Shown here: piece after piece, positions 41,945-51,652 of the stretch | Position numbering within the stretch: the first letter of the stretch is position 1 | Layout of the letters: each line of letters starts with the position of its first letter | Source: Truepera sp. | GTDB lineage: Bacteria; Deinococcota; Deinococci; Deinococcales; Trueperaceae | Length of the DNA stretch: 64,000 nucleotides | Reading direction: 5' to 3' | Assembly: GCA_965218435.1 (NCBI GenBank) | Contig: CBDCKW010000009.1 | Coordinates: forward strand, 1,184,001-1,248,000 | Notes under the pieces: generated by a model | The model's database searches: none | Seen by the model: only the letters and a program-made list of their open reading frames with translations | Told to the model about the DNA's origin: nothing | Translations under genes and position numbers: made by a program

Positions 41945-44887
41945 CTACTCCGTTTCGGGGTGGAGAGCTTCGTCCATGAGTTCAACGAGATGTTTCGCAC
42001 GTTTGGCCGTCCCGTCTTTAATCTGATGCCGACACGAGAAGCCGCACGCGACCGTTTCACCTTCGTGCGCTCTGACCGCCGGGAAGAGCCGCTGCTCACC
42101 GATCTGCATTGACAGCTCAAAATGGCCGTAACCAAAACTTCCGGCCATCCCACAACACCCTGAATCAACCTCAGCGACGTTTTCGGACAGCCACCCTAAA
42201 ACCGCTTTGGTGCTGCTCGTGCCCTGAATGGCCCGCTGCTGGCAGTGCCCGTGGAGCATCACGGGCGTGTCGTTTTTGTGGAAAGTTTGAGCGGGCTCGA
42301 GCCTTCCCTGCGTCCATTCTTTCGCTAAAAACTGGTCAATCATCTTGACGTTTCGGGCGACCGCTTCGGTCTTTTCCCCCGGTACGAGGTCACGGTAGTC
42401 GTCTTGGAACGAGGCGACGCAACTCGGCTCGAGGCCCACGACCGGGACGCCGCGCTCTACATAACGGTGCAACGCCTCGACATTTTTAACCGCCAGCTTT
42501 TTGGCGTCGCGTAACAGACCTTTGGAGAGTTGCGGGCGACCGCAACAGCCGTAGTTCACGTGCTCAACGTCGTAACCGAGCGCCTCTAGCACCCGCGTTG
42601 CCGCTGCGCCGACTTCGGGTTCGTTGTACATCGTCCAGGTATCGGCAAAGAGTGCGACTTTGGGTTTCTCAGTATCGCCATGAGTTTGGGGCCGGGTTTT
42701 TTCGTGTGCTCTGCGCCAGCCGTCAAACGACTGCGCTGCGTAGCTGGGCATCACCCGGCGGCGGTCTACGCCGACCGTTTTTTCGACGAGCCAGCGTACC
42801 GGTGGCAGCGGCAACAGGGCGTTCGCCACCGGCGCAAAGGCGCGGCCTAGCGGAGCGACGGTCGCAGCGTTCCCCAGTGCGCGAGCTGAGAGCGGCGTGC
42901 CGTGGTCGTCGTAGTAGTGCTGCAAAAACTCGTACTTCATCTTCGCCATATCAACTTGGCTCGGACACTCGGCTTTGCACGCTTTGCACTCAAGGCACAA
43001 GTCCAAAGCGTCATACACCGCCTTGCTGGTCAGGCCGCCCTCGAGCCGACCGTTCATCGCTTCGCGCAACAAGTTGGCTCGCCCTCGCGTCGAGTGGTCT
43101 TCGTCACGGGTTGCCATATATGACGGGCACATCGTCCCGGTACCGGTTTTACGGCACGCCCCGACGCCGCTGCACATCTCAACCGCGCCCATAAAACCGC
43201 CGTCTTTGGAAAAGTCGAAGTGTGTCGCCAGCGGCAAAACCTGATAATCTTCACCGTAACGCAGAGCTTCCGTGATCGGCGGCGCTTCGACGATTTTGCC
43301 GGGGTTCATCAGCCCGTTCGGGTCGAAAGCGCGTTTGACCTCACGAAACGCCTCGTAAAGCGTATCGCCGAACAGCTCGCGGTTTTTGTACGAACGAATC
43401 AACCCGTCGCCGTGCTCGCCCGACCACGACCCGCCGTAGTGTTGCACCAGTGCAAAAGTCTCTTCGCTGATTTTGCGGTACGCTGCCAGACCTTCTTTCG
43501 TTTTGAGGTCCAAAATGGGCCGCACGTGTATCACGCCGACCGACGCGTGCCCATACGAGACCATCTTGACGCCGTATTTGGCGCAGACCGCCGCGACTTG
43601 AGGGATGTAATCGGCCAAATGCTCGGGTGGAATGGCCGCGTCTTCGATAAAGGCGGTGGGTTTCGCTGCGCCCTTCATCGTATTGAAAACGCCCAGACCC
43701 GCCTTACGGACGTTCCACACGTCGGCTTGTTCTGCGGCGCCGTCGGCAACGTGCAGATAATAGGCGAGCCGCATCACCTTGGGGTCAGCTTTCATACTTT
43801 CCAACCCGGCCCGCATCTCGGCTTCGGTTTCACCGTCGAATTCAACGATTAAAACCGCACCGGGTGAGCCCTGAAGCCAGCCCAACAGGGGCGCGATGTT
43901 GGGGTTCTCGAGCCCTAGTTCCAGCAGCGTATCGTCTAACGTCTCCACTGCTGACGGCCCGTGCCGGTTGATGTACTGCACGGCCTGCAAAGACTTTTTA
44001 AGTGAATCAAAATGCAACAGCGCCAGACACCGATGTGCCGGGACGGGGGAGAGAGCGACTGTCACGTCTAAAATAAATGCCAACGTACCTTCAGAACCCG
44101 AAACCAACTTGGCGAGGTTAAAAGGACGATCTTCGGTTAGCTCGTCCAAGTTGTAGCCGCCGACGCGCCGCATGACTTTAGGAAACCGCGCTTTAATCTC
44201 CGCTTCGTGCTCCGTGACGACGCCGTAGACGGTGCGGTAAAGGTCACCCTCGAGCCCCGGTAGCTCGAGTTTTCCTTTCAGTCCACCCGGTGACAGCGCC
44301 CGAAACTCGGTGATGGTCCCGTCGATGAGCATGACCGTCATGGAAACAACCTGGTCAACCGTTTTGCCGTATTTGATGCTGCGCGTCCCCGCCGAGTTGT
44401 TCGCCACCATCCCGCCGAGGTTGGCTCGGTTGGTCGTCGAAACGTCCGGGGTAAATTGCAGCTTGTACGGCTTCAAAAACGCGTTGAGCTGGTCGCGGAC
44501 GACGCCCGGCTCTACCTTAACCGTCCGCGCCGCCTCGTCAAAATCCAGAATCTTATCCAGGTATTTGGACACGTCCACGACAATCGCCGCGCCGACCGTT
44601 TGCCCTGCCAGACTCGTGCCGCCGCCCCGTGGCAGCACCGGCAGTTTGTAGCGCCGCGCAACTGCCAGCGTATGCCGAATATCGTCCGTACTTTTCGGCA
44701 AGACGACGCCGTAAGGCTTGATCTCGTAGGGGCTGGCGTCGGTGGCGTAAAGGGTGCGGGCCGGGGTGTCGAACCGCACTTCACCCTGAATAACTGCCTG
44801 CAGCTCTGAAGCAATTTGCTCGAGCACATCTTCGCTGGGCTGAGTAGGTACGGAACGCGTGGGAGCCTCTGAAACGGGCAGGGTCAT
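41945..44887 (-). CDS. FAD-binding and 4Fe-4S oxidoreductase (GlcD/GlcF-like fusion)
   Basis: PRGGGTSLAGQ, GSEGTL, GEHGDG, ferredoxin Cys motifs and CCG domains. Confidence 0.92.
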   Translation of the reverse strand: MTLPVSEAPTRSVPTQPSEDVLEQIASELQAVIQGEVRFDTPARTLYATDASPYEIKPYGVVLPKSTDDIRHTLAVARRYKLPVLPRGGGTSLAGQTVGAAIVVDVSKYLDKILDFDEAARTVKVEPGVVRDQLNAFLKPYKLQFTPDVSTTNRANLGGMVANNSAGTRSIKYGKTVDQVVSMTVMLIDGTITEFRALSPGGLKGKLELPGLEGDLYRTVYGVVTEHEAEIKARFPKVMRRVGGYNLDELTEDRPFNLAKLVSGSEGTLAFILDVTVALSPVPAHRCLALLHFDSLKKSLQAVQYINRHGPSAVETLDDTLLELGLENPNIAPLLGWLQGSPGAVLIVEFDGETEAEMRAGLESMKADPKVMRLAYYLHVADGAAEQADVWNVRKAGLGVFNTMKGAAKPTAFIEDAAIPPEHLADYIPQVAAVCAKYGVKMVSYGHASVGVIHVRPILDLKTKEGLAAYRKISEETFALVQHYGGSWSGEHGDGLIRSYKNRELFGDTLYEAFREVKRAFDPNGLMNPGKIVEAPPITEALRYGEDYQVLPLATHFDFSKDGGFMGAVEMCSGVGACRKTGTGTMCPSYMATRDEDHSTRGRANLLREAMNGRLEGGLTSKAVYDALDLCLECKACKAECPSQVDMAKMKYEFLQHYYDDHGTPLSARALGNAATVAPLGRAFAPVANALLPLPPVRWLVEKTVGVDRRRVMPSYAAQSFDGWRRAHEKTRPQTHGDTEKPKVALFADTWTMYNEPEVGAAATRVLEALGYDVEHVNYGCCGRPQLSKGLLRDAKKLAVKNVEALHRYVERGVPVVGLEPSCVASFQDDYRDLVPGEKTEAVARNVKMIDQFLAKEWTQGRLEPAQTFHKNDTPVMLHGHCQQRAIQGTSSTKAVLGWLSENVAEVDSGCCGMAGSFGYGHFELSMQIGEQRLFPAVRAHEGETVACGFSCRHQIKDGTAKRAKHLVELMDEALHPETE

Positions 44888-44932
44888 AGGTTTAGTATCG
44901 CACGTGTGGCTTAGAACTCGAGCCGCCCTAAG

Positions 44933-45292
44933 TCACCTAAAGAAGAGGTAAAGTGCTGCGCTGAGCAGTGCCAGCCAGGTCAAGATGACGACCACTGCGC
45001 CCCAGGTTGAAGGCGGCAACGTGGTGGCTTTGGTCCGCGCCTCGAGCATTACATGTTCGGGGACGAGTTTAAGTGCCAGATAAATCCCGAGCGGCAACAA
45101 GATGAGGTCGTCCAAGAGACCCAGTACCGGAATAAAGTCGGGAATCAGGTCAATCGGCGAGAGCGCGTAGGCGACGACGCAGAGTGCAGCAGCACGGGCG
45201 TACCAGGGCGTATCCGGGTGCCGCTGCGCGTAGGCGAGCGCCGTTATTTCACCTTTGAGGTGTTTCGCCTGCTGTTTGAGCCGCGCGAGCAT
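44933..45292 (-). CDS. YkvA/DUF1232 family membrane protein
   Basis: YALSPIDLIPDFIPVLGLLDD. Confidence 0.92.
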   Translation of the reverse strand: MLARLKQQAKHLKGEITALAYAQRHPDTPWYARAAALCVVAYALSPIDLIPDFIPVLGLLDDLILLPLGIYLALKLVPEHVMLEARTKATTLPPSTWGAVVVILTWLALLSAALYLFFR

Positions 45293-45299
45293 CTACGTG

Positions 45300-45659
45300 T
45301 CAGGTATGGAGGTCGGCGTCGTGTTCGTTGATCTGGATAAGCAGCCCGTCCGGGTCCTGAACCAACAGCGACCGGCCAAACGCTTCGTCGGTGATGTCAC
45401 GGTAGAGCGGGACGCCCGCCGACCTAAACCGCTCCACGAGCGTCTCGAGCGGTTCGGTGCTGTTAAACGCCAGCTCGAGGCCGCAAGTACGGTTGTCTGG
45501 CAAACGCTCCGCCGCGTGAAGTGCCAAGATTGCGCCGCCCAGCTTGAGTTCATTCCAGCTGTTGCTGCGGCTCGAGCGCCCCACTTCGCCGCCGAGCGCC
45601 GCGTAAAACGCAGTAGACGCCGCCATATCGGTCACATAAACGATAGGCATCAAGGTCAT
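45300..45659 (-). CDS. VOC/glyoxalase-like protein
   Basis: YVTDM...FY, LALH and FGRS...DPDG. Confidence 0.9.
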   Translation of the reverse strand: MTLMPIVYVTDMAASTAFYAALGGEVGRSSRSNSWNELKLGGAILALHAAERLPDNRTCGLELAFNSTEPLETLVERFRSAGVPLYRDITDEAFGRSLLVQDPDGLLIQINEHDADLHT

Positions 45660-45853
45660 TTTGCACTCCTATAGGTGTCCATAATCTGGATACCTTCGTC
45701 GGTCTCGAGCAGGCCGAGGTAGACGCGCAGGGCGTCCTCGACAAAATCTGAGAGCGTCATGCCGTCGTCGTGGGCGTCAATCGCCGCTCTTTTGACCTCA
45801 CGGATAAAGGGGCGTGGCAAATAGACATTAAACTGCGCTTTTTCATCACTCAT
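45656..45853 (-). CDS. CopG/ribbon-helix-helix regulator
   Basis: QFNVYLP...VKRAAID...LSDFVEDAL. Overlaps both neighbours. Confidence 0.8.
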   Translation of the reverse strand: MSDEKAQFNVYLPRPFIREVKRAAIDAHDDGMTLSDFVEDALRVYLGLLETDEGIQIMDTYRSAK

Positions 45854-46041
45854 ACACTTATCTCCAAACGGTTCGGCCAAAATAACAGGCGTAGCAGCAT
45901 GATGCGGAGTCCGCGCCGCTGTGAAACGGGCAAGCGCAGCTCGAGTACAACACCCTGAACTCGGCGTAATCGAATCAACTCTGCCTCAGCCGAAAGCTGC
46001 GTGTGATGATCTGCTGCCGCTTGATAGACGGGATAACGCAT
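45850..46041 (-). CDS. Small hypothetical protein
   Basis: AGGAGG RBS and ATGA overlap with the RHH gene. Confidence 0.6.
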   Translation of the reverse strand: MRYPVYQAAADHHTQLSAEAELIRLRRVQGVVLELRLPVSQRRGLRIMLLRLLFWPNRLEISV

Positions 46042-46058
46042 ACCAGCCTCCTAATAGC

Positions 46059-46088
46059 TTAGTTAACTAACATGCTAGCATACTAGCC
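46059..46088. promoter_or_regulatory. Adjacent palindromes, putative RHH operator
   Basis: TTAGTTAACTAA (46059-46070) and ATGCTAGCAT (46072-46081) just upstream of the operon. Confidence 0.5.
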
Positions 46089-46137
46089 AAAGCTTTTCAA
46101 CAGTTCGATGACATAACGCTTGTGTTAGCGGCGCTGC

Positions 46138-46722
46138 TTACTTGGCGGTAGGATGTGCGTTTAAGTAGGCGACCACTTCAGCAGCGTTTTGGTCAGGGGG
46201 GAAAACCGGGTAAAAAACTTTTTCAATTACGCCGTCCTGAACGACGAGCGTCACACGTTTGAGCAGCATTTCTCCTTCAGCTTCAAAAGTCGGTAACGCC
46301 AGTGTCTGTGACCATTCCAGGTCAGCGTCGCTCAACACTTCAAAAGGAAGGTGCAAACGTGCCGCCATCTCTTGCTGATAGGCCGTTGTTTGCGTGCTGA
46401 GACCGTAAACCTCCGTGCCTAGTCCCTGGAGCTCTTGATAATGATCTCTAAACGCGCAGTTTTGGGGTGTACAGCCACGTGCGCCAGGGATTGCGTTCCA
46501 GGCGTCTGTACCTCCGGGTGGCTCGAGGTTCGGTGTACCGGTACGCGGATAGATGTAGACAACGGTACGAGAAAGTGCGCCGGTGCTCAAATCAACCTGA
46601 TTTCCCTGGGTCGAGGGCAGCACTATAGAAGGAAGCTTTTTCCCTACAAGATGGTCACAAGCGCCATCATCTATAGGTGCTGGAAGCGTGTCGGGGAGCG
46701 TGTGCAGATCGTCTTGTCTCAT
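46138..46722 (-). CDS. Peroxiredoxin (AhpC/TSA, BCP-like)
   Basis: YIYPRT...PGARGCTPQ and FYPVFPPD. Confidence 0.9.
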   Translation of the reverse strand: MRQDDLHTLPDTLPAPIDDGACDHLVGKKLPSIVLPSTQGNQVDLSTGALSRTVVYIYPRTGTPNLEPPGGTDAWNAIPGARGCTPQNCAFRDHYQELQGLGTEVYGLSTQTTAYQQEMAARLHLPFEVLSDADLEWSQTLALPTFEAEGEMLLKRVTLVVQDGVIEKVFYPVFPPDQNAAEVVAYLNAHPTAK

Positions 46723-48884
46723 TTTTGCACTTCTCCAAAAAGCGTCCAGACCGTTTCAGCAAACGCCGCGTCACTCAGTGCCCGGTACGCTTTTAAGAAA
46801 GTTGTCAAAGTGTAGCGTTCAGTCAACCCGCGCACGAGCGTCTTGGAGCTGTACGGGTCGCGCTTTTGTCCCTTAAGGGTGCGGCCTTGTGCGCCCAGTA
46901 GACCCAACTCTTCTAAAATCGTGCGGCACAGCTGCGCTTTGGCATCGCTGCACCCGAGCGGTGACCCGCGCTGAAGCCGGACGAAGGCTGCCCGGACTTC
47001 GCGTAAGGTGGGCGGCAGCTCGAGCCCGTCAAGCTTTTTCAGTTCACCGTCTGAAAGATTGAAAAGCAGTCCGTTACGCTCTTTTACAAGGTCTTGAAGG
47101 GGTTTGGTAAGCGTTAGCAGGTCGGTGCTGAGGGACAGCTCGAGCACCTCGGTTCCCTTAAAGTCTGCCGGTGCCGTCCCTCTAAAAATTGGGTATAAAG
47201 GAGTCTGAGTCACGTCTAGCTCGAGCGGCCTTGCCGCACGCACGCCGTCAGCTAAAAACTCCAGCGTCGTCTTGTTCTGCCAGGTGTTTTCTTTGAGGCT
47301 GACGGCTGCGTTCACCTGACCGGCTGTTCGGAGCGCGTCGGCGGCGTCGCCCTGATTCCACGCCATCCCGCCGACCCCGCCGAGCCGCAATTTTAGGTGT
47401 TTGCCGCCCGCGCCGACGCCCCGAGCGGTCTCGAGACTGCCTGAGAGCGCAAACAGCGGCGCGGGGTGACCGGTCCCGTAGGGCTCGAGGAGTCCCACGG
47501 CTTTATAGAGGTCGTCTTCAATCTCATCAGGAGAGAGGAGCGCGTCGGCGACCAGCGCCGGTTGCGGGGCCGGGTGCTGCGCGGCGTACGCGTAGATACG
47601 CGTCCTAAACGCCTCTAACTGACCGTCACGGAGTGAAAACCCGGCAGCTTGCGAGTGGCCGCCAAAGCGTTCTAACAGGTCGTGGGCGTGCTCTAACCCA
47701 CCCACTGCCGAAATCCCCGGTGTCGAACGCACCGAACCTTTGCCCCCCGCGACGATGTAAACGGGTTTGTAAAAGCGTTCTAACAGTTTGCTGGCGACGA
47801 TCCCCATCACACCGGGGTGCCAGCCCGTGGCCTCGAGCACCAGTGCCGGAGCCTTCGGGTCTACCAGCTCGAGCGCTTCGGCGAGCATCGCATCTTGAAC
47901 TTTACGGCGGTCGGCGTTGCGGGCGTCTAGGTAGCTTGCAAGCTCTAACGCCCGCCGCTCCGACGCGGTAGTGAGCAGCTCGAGACCCAAGTCCGCCTCA
48001 CCCAACCGTCCCGCTGCGTTAAGGCGTGGGGCCAGCACAAACGCAACGTCGCGTGCAGTCACCTCTTTACCGTGCATGAGCGTCCGTTTAATCATCATTC
48101 GGAGTCCGGGCCAGCGCGAGACGCTGAGCTGCTCGAGTCCGGCGTTGACCAACGCGCGGTTTTCGCCCATCAGCGGGGCAACGTCGGCGATGGTGCCGAG
48201 TGTGGCCAAGTCGCTGTATTCGGTCGGAGGCGCAAGTCCCAGCTGCTCATGCAGCGCCCACAAGAGGTGATACGCGACGCCCGCACCCGTCAGCTCCGGC
48301 AAGCCTTTTTGTGCGTAAGGCGACAGGGACGGATGCACCGTTAGACAGTCCGGCAGCACTTGACCGGGGTGGTGGTGATCGGTGACGATGACCTCGGTGC
48401 CCAAAGCCTGGAGCGCGTGAACCTCGGCGCGGTTGCTGATGCCGCAGTCCACTGTGATAAAAAGGTCGGCTTTGTCGGCATGTTCAGCTACTTTGTCCGG
48501 GTGAACGCCGTACCCCTCACGCAGACGGTTAGGAATAAACGGCGTGACGTTCGCGCCGAGTGCCCGCAGGCCGAGCGTCAAGACTGCCGTCCCGCTGATA
48601 CCGTCGGCGTCGTAATCGCCGTGGATGACGATGCGCTTTTTGTTCCTTAGTGCGCCCTCGAGCCGTTCTGCTGCCGTGAGCAGTTCAGGGATACGGGTCA
48701 GCTCGAGGGGCGGCTTGAGCGCCTCGACGCTGACCCCCCTAGCCCACAAAATACTCGCCAACAGGGGAGGTAGCGACAGCTCTCGTACAAGCGTTTCGAC
48801 CGCGTGCGGCGGCGCAGCGGGGCGCACCGTCCAACGTGTTTCAGGTGTCCGGGTAGGTGCTGCTAAAACGGTCGTTTTGCTCAT
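46719..48884 (-). CDS. recJ: Single-stranded-DNA exonuclease RecJ
   Basis: HGDYDADG, TVDCG, TDHH, GTIADV, PRLNAAGR and FGGHSQAAG. Confidence 0.95.
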   Translation of the reverse strand: MSKTTVLAAPTRTPETRWTVRPAAPPHAVETLVRELSLPPLLASILWARGVSVEALKPPLELTRIPELLTAAERLEGALRNKKRIVIHGDYDADGISGTAVLTLGLRALGANVTPFIPNRLREGYGVHPDKVAEHADKADLFITVDCGISNRAEVHALQALGTEVIVTDHHHPGQVLPDCLTVHPSLSPYAQKGLPELTGAGVAYHLLWALHEQLGLAPPTEYSDLATLGTIADVAPLMGENRALVNAGLEQLSVSRWPGLRMMIKRTLMHGKEVTARDVAFVLAPRLNAAGRLGEADLGLELLTTASERRALELASYLDARNADRRKVQDAMLAEALELVDPKAPALVLEATGWHPGVMGIVASKLLERFYKPVYIVAGGKGSVRSTPGISAVGGLEHAHDLLERFGGHSQAAGFSLRDGQLEAFRTRIYAYAAQHPAPQPALVADALLSPDEIEDDLYKAVGLLEPYGTGHPAPLFALSGSLETARGVGAGGKHLKLRLGGVGGMAWNQGDAADALRTAGQVNAAVSLKENTWQNKTTLEFLADGVRAARPLELDVTQTPLYPIFRGTAPADFKGTEVLELSLSTDLLTLTKPLQDLVKERNGLLFNLSDGELKKLDGLELPPTLREVRAAFVRLQRGSPLGCSDAKAQLCRTILEELGLLGAQGRTLKGQKRDPYSSKTLVRGLTERYTLTTFLKAYRALSDAAFAETVWTLFGEVQK

Positions 48885-49198
48885 CGGCGGGGAGACTCGA
48901 GCCCTTTACGCGCGGGTTCGGGTGGGACAGGTTCAGTCTCGAGCCCCGCTTTAATCAACTGCTGGTGCAGCGCCTTATTTTGCCGGTTGAGCCTGAATAT
49001 ACGCCTGGAGAGTGATAGCCAGCCGACTATGAAACCTAAAAGCAACGCGATAGCGATCACCCACTCGGTCGGTAGCGGAAGCAGCAAGGGTAAAAAAACA
49101 GTGTTCGGGTTTGCGCGGCCGATAAGCGCCAGGTAGATGATCAGCAACAGTAAACCCAAAATCTGCAAAACGCGGACGATCCTAGTGGCGGCCTTCAT
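48881..49198 (-). CDS. LapA-family membrane protein
   Basis: Two TM helices plus a coiled coil. TAGACT 6 nt before ATG 49198. Confidence 0.7.
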   Translation of the reverse strand: MKAATRIVRVLQILGLLLLIIYLALIGRANPNTVFLPLLLPLPTEWVIAIALLLGFIVGWLSLSRRIFRLNRQNKALHQQLIKAGLETEPVPPEPARKGLESPRR

Positions 49199-49299
49199 CA
49201 GCACAGTCTACCGCACCCTACTGACGAAACTCTGAAGATTCACTTGGTTGTGGCATTTGCTTATACGTTTGAATTCAAGTTGTTAAGCTGCTAGTCATA

Positions 49300-50043
49300 A
49301 TGAAGGAAAATATTGCCCAAATAGAAGCATTGCAGAATCTTCTAATCTCATGCGCAACTGGTGGAAATGAAGATAATGCAGAGTATGTCCGCCTAAGGCA
49401 AGAGGTATTGATGAACTCTGCACTCAAACCTCTACTTCCAAAATTTCTCCGCAACTGCCGTAACCTTTTGCAGTTCTGGCAGTATATCAAGCTCGAGTTT
49501 GGCACTTATGCGGAACGCCGTGACTACATTTGGACTGAACTCAGTCCACTACTAGAAACGTTAGAGCGCGGCGCACTTACACCGTCTGACGCATTTGTAT
49601 CACTGAGGTTAGAGAAATTTGATGCTACTCATGTTCAAGCTGCCTGGTCTAAAGCTCTTGACAGGCGGTCTTCTGACCCGGAGGGAGCAATTACGTCTGC
49701 TCGCACATTAATTGAGTCGGTATGCAAACACATTCTTGATGAGTCCGGTTCTACCTACGATGATAGAGCAGACCTTCCAAAGCTATACAGACAAACGGCA
49801 GAGATGCTTAACCTTGCCCCTTCTCAGCACACTGAGGAAGTATTCAAACAAATCTTAGGAGGGTGTACGGCAATTGTGGTGGGGCTCGGTTCGTTGCGCA
49901 ATCGTCTAAGTGATGCTCATGGCAAGGGAAAGATTGGTATAAGGCCGTCCTCACGTCACGCTGAGCTATCGGTCAATCTATCTGGGGCACTTGCACTGTA
50001 CCTTCTTGCCACATGGGAAGCGCGTAACGAGACAGCGTCCTAA
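49300..50043 (+). CDS. Abortive-infection family protein (Abi_C, HEPN-like C-terminus)
   Basis: GAITSARTLIESVCKHIL, LRNRLSDAHGKG and HAELSVN. AT-richer than its neighbours. Confidence 0.82.
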   Translation: MKENIAQIEALQNLLISCATGGNEDNAEYVRLRQEVLMNSALKPLLPKFLRNCRNLLQFWQYIKLEFGTYAERRDYIWTELSPLLETLERGALTPSDAFVSLRLEKFDATHVQAAWSKALDRRSSDPEGAITSARTLIESVCKHILDESGSTYDDRADLPKLYRQTAEMLNLAPSQHTEEVFKQILGGCTAIVVGLGSLRNRLSDAHGKGKIGIRPSSRHAELSVNLSGALALYLLATWEARNETAS

Positions 50044-50220
50044 TAACTTACTTCATTCAAATTGAACCTGCTTTGCAGCTAAGCTCAATTGTAGGCGTTA
50101 TTTGAGTGGAAAACTTAGTTTTGACTTGCGTGGCTAACGCTTTCTAGCTTATCTGAAAACGTATCCGGTTTGTCGTGAGCTTTGCCTAAGTCACTCCTTC
50201 TTCACGTACACTGGAAAACT

Positions 50221-51345
50221 GTGAGTGTCTCGCCTTATCCCACATCTGCACCTGATGCCTCTAAAGCCGCGCCTAAAAAAGGCCGCGTTCTCTGTGCCAT
50301 GTCGGGCGGGGTAGATTCGTCTTTGGCTGCGGCGCTCCTTAAAGAACAAGGGTATGGCGTACAAGGCGCGATGTTGCGGTTTTGGCCGGATGAGCGGCCT
50401 AAAGGTGCCTTCGACCTCTGTTGTAGCCCCGACGCGGCCTACGATGCCCGCCGAATTGCCGACAAAGTAGACGTGCCGTTTTATCTGCTCGATGCGAGAG
50501 ACCAGTTCGACGAGGTAGTCATCAGTCCGTTTGTGCCGACCTATGAGGGTGGCCAGACGCCGAACCCGTGTGTGTGGTGCAACCGTGAGATTAAGTTCGG
50601 CACCTTTTTGCAAAAAGCGCAGCGGCTCGGCTGCGACTATATCGCGACCGGTCATTACGTCAAACGTATAGACGGGCCGAACGGTGTCGAGCTGCACCGG
50701 GGCGCGGACGACTCGAAAGACCAGACGTATTTTTTATGGGCGCTGGACCGGCAGGTGTTGCCGCAACTGCTTTTCCCGCTGGGCGATAAAACTAAACCAG
50801 CTGTACGGGAACTGGCTGAGGCGAGGGGTTTCGTCACGGCTGATAAACCCTCGTCGCACGGGCTCTGTTTTATTACCAGTAGCGTGAAAGATTATCTGAA
50901 CGACTTTAGCACGGTGCGTCCGGGAGCTGTGCTCGACGCCGCAGACAGTTACAAAGAGGTCGGGCGACATAACGGCGTGCAGTTCTATACGATTGGGCAG
51001 CGGCGCGGTTTGGGAATGGTTCACTCCCACCTCGAGCGGTTTGTCACCGAACTCCGCGCTGACACGAATGAGGTCGTCGTCGGCACGCGTGAGATGTGCC
51101 ACTGGCACGGGCTTACGGCTGAAAAGGTCAACTTGCTGCTAGATCAAGATGAACTGCCGGAACGGGTTCAGGTACAAACGCGTTACCGGCAGGCACCGAT
51201 GCCTGCAACTTTGAGGCTGGTAGAGGGGAAGCTCGAGCTGAGCTTCGACACCCCGATGTTTGCCGTTACACTCGGCCAGTCGGCCGTCATTTACGATGGG
51301 CCGCGCCTTCTAGGTGGCGGCGTCATTGTCGAGCGGCACGACTAG
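50221..51345 (+). CDS. mnmA: tRNA 2-thiouridine(34) synthase
   Basis: AMSGGVDSS, TPNPCVWCN, ATGHY, KDQTYFL, YTIGQRRG and GQSAV. Confidence 0.96.
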   Translation: MSVSPYPTSAPDASKAAPKKGRVLCAMSGGVDSSLAAALLKEQGYGVQGAMLRFWPDERPKGAFDLCCSPDAAYDARRIADKVDVPFYLLDARDQFDEVVISPFVPTYEGGQTPNPCVWCNREIKFGTFLQKAQRLGCDYIATGHYVKRIDGPNGVELHRGADDSKDQTYFLWALDRQVLPQLLFPLGDKTKPAVRELAEARGFVTADKPSSHGLCFITSSVKDYLNDFSTVRPGAVLDAADSYKEVGRHNGVQFYTIGQRRGLGMVHSHLERFVTELRADTNEVVVGTREMCHWHGLTAEKVNLLLDQDELPERVQVQTRYRQAPMPATLRLVEGKLELSFDTPMFAVTLGQSAVIYDGPRLLGGGVIVERHD

Positions 51346-51564
51346 AGCGTGTTATGAACTCTAAGACGATTGTAATGGCTGAGTGCGCGTCCTACACAGC
51401 AGGTAGATTGTTTGGCTGTTTCGGTACCTCGGACTCGGGCCTGCGTTTAAGCTCCGAGCACACTGAAAAAAATACCGTCGAAAGTACAAAAAGCTGGAGC
51501 AGGACGGATTTTCTAAGCGTTAACCGAACAGCTCAAATGAACCTTCAAGGTTCATAACAAGCTC
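51345..51564. mobile_element. 220-bp MITE (copy 2) inserted at the mnmA stop codon
   Basis: Same TIRs and internal sequence as 22131-22350. TA duplication at 51343-44 / 51565-66. Confidence 0.9.
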
Positions 51565-51652
51565 TAAAATTTCGTTATAAAAGCCTGTAAAAACCGTACA
51601 TCTTTTTGCTGACGGCCTACAACTGCGCTACACTGACCGCAGGAGGCCCGCC

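Noticed and set aside
39554..43852. Long antisense ORFs (e.g. 39554-40378, 42598-43194, 43220-43852)
   Set aside because: These are shadow frames of well-supported GC-rich genes on the opposite strand.
51354..51557. 67-aa ORF repeated at 22138 as a protein-coding gene
   Set aside because: It lies wholly within the MITE, starts in the TIR and has no RBS or protein-like features.
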